64,000 nt of DNA, taken from IMG/VR virus record IMGVR_UViG_3300024252_000004, positions 1 through 64,000 of that record. The stretch is one strand, 5' to 3'. Within the stretch, counting starts at the first letter, position 1. Each line of letters opens with the position of its first letter. The notes beneath the pieces were generated by a model that saw only the letters and a program-made list of their open reading frames with translations, did no database searches and had not been told where the DNA came from. Positions 58,096 to 64,000 of this stretch are shown here, piece after piece. The translations under genes and the position numbers were made by a program.

Positions 58096-59648
58096 AAGTA
58101 TTTGATTCGCTCAAGAATAAAAAGTGGAATGGGAAAGGAATAGTCTTAAACAAAGACATTATGGTGATGAAGGCGAAATCCAGAATCAGCCACAACATAG
58201 ATTTGAAAGCAGGAGAACACACCCTTCATATCCTTGGCAAGAAGCGCTCAGGAAATGGAAGGGTATCTCTGCATGTGATGACCGAGAACGGAACCCTTCT
58301 GTTGTCCGAGGATATTGAATTCCAGAGAAGTTCTACAGCAGAGGTGCGATTCAAATTCGATGTCCCATTAGATTATGGTCTCGGAGCCATCCATTTGAAA
58401 AGGGCAGGTAATTCTTTCGGAACGATTGAGCTAAGCAGAATTAGACTTGTCCGAGAAGAAACAGAAGAGAAAGCTAAAAGAGCCGAGGATATCTTGGAGG
58501 ATAAGAAGAGGAATCGGAATCCCGTTCCTGCAATCTCATTTGACGGGGGCCTCGATATCAAAAAGAAAATCGCGTTTGTCATTCCTTATGGGATCTATGG
58601 CGGAGCCGAGGTTTATATTCAGAGCATTATTCAGAACATTGATTTGTCAGGATACCAAATGGACTTCTTATTTCTTGGGAAAAATAAGTTGATGAATGTG
58701 CTTCAGGATCCAAGATTAAAAATGAAGTTATGTAGAAACCTTGACGCATTAAAAGGCTCTCTGATCTCAACGGATTATGATTACATTGTGTATTACAATA
58801 GGGCAGATGTTTATAGGCTGCTTGAGTCACTGAAGGCAGGCACCCAAATATCCTCCAGGCTCATAGAGATTTACCATAGCGACTTTGAATGGCCGGGAGC
58901 TTTATCTAAGGTGAAGAAGAGGAAGTATGTAGACACCATGTTCCGTGTTGCTCCGTCTTTAGCTAAAGATATTTCAGGTGTATCTACAGAGAAGAAGGTA
59001 ACGATCCCGGTCGGTATCAATCTTGATAAGTTTTCGCACGCACACCGAGACAAGAAATTAAGGAAGAAACTTTTACGAGAGAAGAAAGCTGTGATTGGCA
59101 CTGTGGCAAGAATGTCTCCAGAGAAGAATATTGAATACATTCTTAAGCTTGCAACAAAGATGCCTGATTACTCTTTCGTCCTTGTTGGGGATGGACCATT
59201 GCTCAAATCCTCAAGAAAATATGTGGAAGATAAAGGAATGGACAACGTTGCTTTCATGGGATTTCAGCAGGATGTGCATAAACTGTATCCCAATTTTGAC
59301 GCATTCTTATTGCCTTCAAAGATGGAAGGAACTCCGATATCTATACTTGAAGCAATGTCTTCGGGTACAATAGTATTTGCATCCAATGTCGGAGCCATCT
59401 CTGATATCCTTGAGCATGACAAGACGGGATTTTTTATTAGTGGAACTCCGGCAAAAGACAGGAAGTTGATTCAAGAAAACTTGGAGAGGCTTGATGTGAT
59501 TGGAAATGCAAGAAGGTATGTTGAGGAGAACCATGACATCAGAACAAACGCTCGTGAGTTTATGATTGCAATGATTGACTCCGAACAACATTTTTCTGAA
59601 ATGGAGAATGGAGACTACGTGGTAAAGCTAAAGGGTAGGTTTATATGA
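58092..59648 (+). CDS. GT4-like glycosyltransferase with extra N-terminal beta-sandwich domain
   Basis: ATG 58092 in ATGA overlap; GGAEVY, IGTVARMSPEKN, VGDGP, MEGTPISILEAM. Confidence 0.9.
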   Translation: MKVFDSLKNKKWNGKGIVLNKDIMVMKAKSRISHNIDLKAGEHTLHILGKKRSGNGRVSLHVMTENGTLLLSEDIEFQRSSTAEVRFKFDVPLDYGLGAIHLKRAGNSFGTIELSRIRLVREETEEKAKRAEDILEDKKRNRNPVPAISFDGGLDIKKKIAFVIPYGIYGGAEVYIQSIIQNIDLSGYQMDFLFLGKNKLMNVLQDPRLKMKLCRNLDALKGSLISTDYDYIVYYNRADVYRLLESLKAGTQISSRLIEIYHSDFEWPGALSKVKKRKYVDTMFRVAPSLAKDISGVSTEKKVTIPVGINLDKFSHAHRDKKLRKKLLREKKAVIGTVARMSPEKNIEYILKLATKMPDYSFVLVGDGPLLKSSRKYVEDKGMDNVAFMGFQQDVHKLYPNFDAFLLPSKMEGTPISILEAMSSGTIVFASNVGAISDILEHDKTGFFISGTPAKDRKLIQENLERLDVIGNARRYVEENHDIRTNAREFMIAMIDSEQHFSEMENGDYVVKLKGRFI

Positions 59649-60766
59649 GCAACGTATCGGTCAGGTTTTTCGGACCTTTAAATAACTACTCTGGGTATGG
59701 TAATGCTGTAAAGAATTTTGCACTGGCCTTCTCAGAGTCCGAGTGCGATACGCATTTTGCTTTTGCCAACAAGTTAAAGATAGATTATGCTGAGACATAT
59801 GATCGTCTATACCATTACGATGGGAAATGCATGGTTGACTTTTATCTGCATGGTCCGCCATGGAACAAGCATAGGTCAAGAGCCAAATATAAAATCGGGT
59901 ATTTCTATTGGGAAGCAGATAAGCTGCCACCTGTATGGCTGAAGGGGCTCAACTCTGTGAATGAGATTTGGGCGCCTTGTAATCTTGTCAGGAATGCTTG
60001 CAAGCAGGCAGGATTTAGAGGAAGGATCAGAGTGGTTCCTACGCCCGCAGAGACGTGGTACTCTAATAAGAAAGCTGTAATCCCGTCTGGATTTTCTGAT
60101 GACTACATGTTGTCAGATGAGGTTTTCAAATTTTACTCTATTTTTCAATGGAACGAGAGGAAGGGATATAAGGAGCTTCTAAATTCTTATTACAGAACCT
60201 TTACGCGAAACGATAAGGTAGTCTTAATTGTAAAAACGAATCCACTTAACATCAATGGAAACACCAGAGAGAAGATCAAGTATGAAATTCTTGATATTAA
60301 AAGAAGGCTAAACCAGAAGTATTATCCTCCTGTCTATCTGATGGATGACATCATTCCTGAGGAGCATATTCAGGCGCTGCACATGACCGCAGATTGTTAC
60401 ATTTCTCCGCATCATGGAGAAGGGTGGGGTATGCCGATTCATGACGCAATGCTTTCTGGCAAGCAGATTATTACAACCAAATTTGGCGGAGTAACTGAGC
60501 ATCTCGATAATGATTCAGCTCATATCATTAACCACACTATTGGGCCGGTAAGGAATATGGCATGGTCATCATTATATACGAACAAGCAGAACTGGGCGTA
60601 TCCGAAGGTCAACCATTTGAAGAAGTTGATGAGAGATGTTTATGAGAACCATGAACTGTATGAAGAGAAAGGGTATAAAGCTCGTGAGATTGGGGAGACA
60701 ATGACGGTAGAGACTGTTGCTGATTTTATAACAAGGGAACTTACAAGGGAGAAGCTAAGACTATGA
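59645..60766 (+). CDS. GT4-like glycosyltransferase
   Basis: SGYGNA, FQWNERKG, GEGWGMPIHDAM; same subtype as 56989-58095. Confidence 0.9.
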   Translation: MSNVSVRFFGPLNNYSGYGNAVKNFALAFSESECDTHFAFANKLKIDYAETYDRLYHYDGKCMVDFYLHGPPWNKHRSRAKYKIGYFYWEADKLPPVWLKGLNSVNEIWAPCNLVRNACKQAGFRGRIRVVPTPAETWYSNKKAVIPSGFSDDYMLSDEVFKFYSIFQWNERKGYKELLNSYYRTFTRNDKVVLIVKTNPLNINGNTREKIKYEILDIKRRLNQKYYPPVYLMDDIIPEEHIQALHMTADCYISPHHGEGWGMPIHDAMLSGKQIITTKFGGVTEHLDNDSAHIINHTIGPVRNMAWSSLYTNKQNWAYPKVNHLKKLMRDVYENHELYEEKGYKAREIGETMTVETVADFITRELTREKLRL

Positions 60767-62157
60767 TAGATAGGCAGGAATTTACCAATAAATATATTGA
60801 CACCTCTCTGTCTATATCTGACATAGCAAAGCTATTCGATTTGAGCAATGCTATGGTTTATTATTATGGAAAAAAGTTTAATCTGAAGAGAATCAAAAAA
60901 CACCATAATCCAGAATGGCTCAAAGAAAAGTACGTAAATGAAAATTTATCAATGAGAGAAATCGGAGAATTGGCTGGCACAGGTCCTGATAATATTAGTC
61001 TTTTGTTAAAGAAGTTTAATATTACAAAGGGAGATGAGAAGATTGTTTCATCAAGGCGAAAAACTATGCTAAAAAGATATGGAGGAGATACTCCTATGAC
61101 TTCGCCGATTCTTTTGGAGAAGATAAACTCCACAAAATTTGAAAAATATGGAACAATAAATACATCCTCTTTGAACTCTGTAAAGATGAAGCTTCCGAAG
61201 TCAGTAGATATTTATGGTTATCCTGCAAATTATTGGTCCAAAAAATATGGAGTGCCCAGAACTAGTACTCTTTCAATATATCGCTCAAATTGCTTCGATG
61301 GGGTAGATGAATTTATATCTTTACTTAAAAACTATCAGGTTAAAATTAGCGATATTGAAAATATTTTTCATAAGAAAACAAACATAGCGTTTCATAACAG
61401 ATATTTCGATAAAGATATTTATCCAAATTTGAAATTTAAGCCAGATTTTAAACTATCTGAAAAAATTGCACTTAATACCGATGGTTTATACTGGCATTCT
61501 GAAGAAAGAACACCTAACAAGCTTTATCACTTTAACATGAGAAAAGAATATGAAAATAATGGATTAAGAATTTTTCAATTCAGAGAAGATGAAATTAAGA
61601 ATAAGTTTGAAATCATTCTGTCAATGATAAATAATTCATTAGGATTATCCGAAAGAAGAGTATATGGTAGGAAAACGATTTGCAAAAAGGTATCGAATGA
61701 CGATGCGCAAGCTTTCCTAAATGAGCATCATCTTATGGGCGCAATAAGCTCAAGACATATTGGGCTTTATTACGAAAATGAATTGATATCAGTTATGTCT
61801 TTTAAAATAATTGATCAAACTATAAAGGTAGATAGGTTTTGTTCTAAAGTTAATTTTGTAGTTATTGGAGGATTAAGCAAATTGATGAAATTCATAACAA
61901 GGACCTCTTCTGCAAAGAATATAGATTATTGGGTAGATTTAAGATACGGAACAGGTAAGCACTTAGAAGATAAAGGATTTCTTTTAGAAAAAGAAACTTT
62001 AGGATGGAAGTGGACTGACTTTAAGGAAACCTATAACAGGTTGAAATGCAGAGCCAACATGGATGAACGAAATTTGACTCAAGCAGAACATGCAGAAGAG
62101 ATGGGCTGGGTAAAAATATATGATGCCGGGCAAAGGCTATACAGGAAGAAATTATGA
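60763..62157 (+). CDS. Free-standing Hef-like homing endonuclease (HTH repeats, Vsr/EDxHD-like nuclease, GNAT-like C-terminal domain)
   Basis: Two HTH-like repeats, KTMLKRYG motif, KPDF...TDGLYWHSE nuclease motif, C-terminal FLNEHHLMG...GLYYENELISVMSF...GGLSKL...IYDAGQ; visibly AT-richer than flanks. Confidence 0.75.
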   Translation: MIDRQEFTNKYIDTSLSISDIAKLFDLSNAMVYYYGKKFNLKRIKKHHNPEWLKEKYVNENLSMREIGELAGTGPDNISLLLKKFNITKGDEKIVSSRRKTMLKRYGGDTPMTSPILLEKINSTKFEKYGTINTSSLNSVKMKLPKSVDIYGYPANYWSKKYGVPRTSTLSIYRSNCFDGVDEFISLLKNYQVKISDIENIFHKKTNIAFHNRYFDKDIYPNLKFKPDFKLSEKIALNTDGLYWHSEERTPNKLYHFNMRKEYENNGLRIFQFREDEIKNKFEIILSMINNSLGLSERRVYGRKTICKKVSNDDAQAFLNEHHLMGAISSRHIGLYYENELISVMSFKIIDQTIKVDRFCSKVNFVVIGGLSKLMKFITRTSSAKNIDYWVDLRYGTGKHLEDKGFLLEKETLGWKWTDFKETYNRLKCRANMDERNLTQAEHAEEMGWVKIYDAGQRLYRKKL

Positions 62158-63071
62158 GCAGACTTAAAATTATGGATTTTTACGTGCATCAGGGTCATCA
62201 ATACGAGTTCTTCAAAGGTAAGCATGACTTTTACCTATCAGGCTGCAACTCTCTACCGCCAGATTGGAATGCCGATCATAGGCCCACTCACGAAAACATG
62301 ACATTCATTGATGAAAGGGATGCGTTACTCAATCATAATTTTGATGTAATTATGGTTCGTTCGCCATTGAATGCAAAACGATATGAAGCATTTCATAAGA
62401 GGGGAGCTACAGGTATTGCGGTAGTTCAGACAACAGATCCTTTTCCGATCCCTGGGTGGGTTCCTTTCGTTGTGTGGAACTCTGAGGACGTAATGCGTCG
62501 CTGGAAAGGCAGATTTCCAAAGAAGCAACACTTCTATATTCCTCATGGATTCGATCCAGACGAGTTTCGGGACTTATCTCTTGAGAGGATTGGTCCGGCA
62601 TTAAGTGTGTGCAATGCATTCCGACAAAGGGCAGGATTCCTTGGTTATGATCTATGGAAATATCTTAGCAAAAGAAGTAAGTGTAAGATATACGGACATG
62701 GTAACGAGAAGATGCGGCTCGACATCAGAGAGTGCGACAATTTTGAAGAGCTAATAAACGTGTATAATACACATAAGCTATACCTGAATACAACTCTTCA
62801 CTCTGCAATGCCAAGAGCGAGGGCTGAAGCAATGATGTGCGGCATGCCATTGGTCACAACAGATAATTATGACATTGGAAAATATGTAGAGAATAAAAAG
62901 GATTGTATCCTTACAAATGATAGAAACAAGATGCTTAAAGGAATCAATAAACTTCTTAAGTCCGAAGAGATGAGGGCGGAGTATGGTTCGCGTTCCAGAG
63001 AGATTGCGATAAAGCATTTTCATATCGATACTTACTTGGACAGATGGGACGAAGTTTTTAAGAGGGCCTAA
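62154..63071 (+). CDS. Glycosyltransferase, GT-B fold (GT4-related)
   Basis: IPHGFDPDEF, YLNTTLHSAMPRARAEAMMCGMPLVTT. Confidence 0.8.
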   Translation: MSRLKIMDFYVHQGHQYEFFKGKHDFYLSGCNSLPPDWNADHRPTHENMTFIDERDALLNHNFDVIMVRSPLNAKRYEAFHKRGATGIAVVQTTDPFPIPGWVPFVVWNSEDVMRRWKGRFPKKQHFYIPHGFDPDEFRDLSLERIGPALSVCNAFRQRAGFLGYDLWKYLSKRSKCKIYGHGNEKMRLDIRECDNFEELINVYNTHKLYLNTTLHSAMPRARAEAMMCGMPLVTTDNYDIGKYVENKKDCILTNDRNKMLKGINKLLKSEEMRAEYGSRSREIAIKHFHIDTYLDRWDEVFKRA

Positions 63072-63072
63072 G

Positions 63073-64000
63073 ATGAAGATTCTATATATTGACAATAGGG
63101 TATATGGGCATAACTCAGATCTGCACATAAAGTTTTTTCAGTATATGGAGAAGCGAAAGTATCATTCGATTTATGCCTACGGAGAGCATATGCCTCTCTA
63201 TTTCAAAAGAAGCTACGTACCTAAACGAGACAATGTAGCTAAAGATTTTGATAAGCTTCTTAAGAAAGTTAGACCCGATATCATTTTGACATATAACTGC
63301 AATGGTTCGAGCTACGAGATTGGATTAGATAACGTAGCTCAATTCAAATGGATTGCTCCGACTTTATCAAAGGTAGACATTCCTAAGTTTCATATAACTA
63401 CAGATTATTGTAGGTCTGGGTTCAGGAAAGAACAGGCGAAGTGGTTTGAGGATGTTAATTACACGGCAGCATTCTTCAGGCATAAGGTGGCATTGGATCA
63501 TCCGATTGAGGTGCCTGCATTTTGGTTGCCATTTTCTGTTGACCGAAGACTTTACCAAAGAAATTCTCAGATAAATGTTTCAAGGAAAAAACCAAAGGTA
63601 GGGTTCCTTGGGGCGGCACACAATTCTTCCAAGAAGCTGTATGCGAATAGGATTGCGGCATTTGACATGCTTGAGGAGAAAGATATGCTGGTTACATCCG
63701 CAGTCACCAATCCGATCAAAGGAACTCGAAAGATGTATTTCGGGGAGCAGTATGTTAGATTTTGGACAAGGAATATGTTTGGGCTAACATGTGGTGGAAC
63801 ATGTAATTTTATGACGGCAAAGTATTTTCAGATTCCGGCAGCGTATAGTATGCTCGTGTGCTCTCCGACAGAGGGTTTGGAAATTTTCCCTAAGGACACC
63901 TACATTACTTATGATCGAAAGAATATTGAGCAGTTGCACAAAGATCTTATTTGGCATATCAACAATTACTCAATTACAAAACAGAAGATAAGGACCTTGA
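63073..64000 (+). CDS. CgeB-like glycosyltransferase (Glyco_trans_1_2-type), 3' truncated; absent from the ORF track
   Basis: I translated it from ATG 63073 (MKILYIDNRVYGHNSD...WLPFSVD...VGFLG...KYFQIPAAYSMLV); no stop before the window end. Confidence 0.8.
   Translation, partial: MKILYIDNRVYGHNSDLHIKFFQYMEKRKYHSIYAYGEHMPLYFKRSYVPKRDNVAKDFDKLLKKVRPDIILTYNCNGSSYEIGLDNVAQFKWIAPTLSKVDIPKFHITTDYCRSGFRKEQAKWFEDVNYTAAFFRHKVALDHPIEVPAFWLPFSVDRRLYQRNSQINVSRKKPKVGFLGAAHNSSKKLYANRIAAFDMLEEKDMLVTSAVTNPIKGTRKMYFGEQYVRFWTRNMFGLTCGGTCNFMTAKYFQIPAAYSMLVCSPTEGLEIFPKDTYITYDRKNIEQLHKDLIWHINNYSITKQKIRTL

Noticed and set aside
60763-62157. Group I intron or intein hosting the endonuclease
   Set aside because: Flanking GT genes both look complete, the ORF has its own start and stop, and no spare sequence is available for a ribozyme core. 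No intein splice motifs were noticed in the giant ORFs, by eye only.
1-64000. Alternative genetic code (TAG or TGA recoding, seen in some large phages)
   Set aside because: The standard code gives near-complete coding coverage with very long ORFs, and all three stops end genes at coupled junctions.
1-64000. The many minus-strand and nested alternative-frame ORFs in the ORF track (e.g. 26538-27236, 35236-35766, 28197-28676)
   Set aside because: They are Ser-rich shadows of the acidic + strand genes, with no recognisable motifs or RBS.
1-64000. tRNA, rRNA or CRISPR array
   Set aside because: Intergenic gaps are all about 110 nt or shorter and show no cloverleaf or repeat-spacer pattern.

Overview
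This window is one uninterrupted, very densely coding + strand block. It holds the neck, tail and baseplate morphogenesis region of a large (probably jumbo) tailed virus with a contractile myovirus-type tail, followed by a glycosyltransferase cluster. Gene order: small ORFs, head-tail adaptor and closure proteins fused to Ig/FN3-like domains, holin/spanin-like membrane proteins, two tandem paralogous beta-helix fibre/appendage proteins, tail terminator, an oversized 1069-aa sheath, tube, an intrinsic terminator, a tail-assembly chaperone pair joined by a clear -1 programmed frameshift site (A_AAA_AAA, 20414-20420), a 603-aa tape measure, tube initiator, 1596-aa hub, 795-aa spike, a 2033-aa Ig-rich protein with a long hydrophobic helical block, an orphan, gp25-like, baseplate J-like, a 3218-aa LamG-containing wedge protein, a 1516-aa fibre-like protein with a dockerin-like Ca-binding duplication, then five tandem glycosyltransferases interrupted by an AT-rich Hef-like homing endonuclease. 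No capsid, terminase, tRNA or CRISPR array is visible. All product calls are by-eye motif and synteny recognition, not database searches, and the host cannot be determined. Best candidates for new biology: (1) a spike-adjacent membrane-inserting adhesin-like protein, (2) a possible virion glycosylation system (GT cluster plus recurrent DGY motifs in structural proteins), (3) a dockerin-bearing tail fibre.
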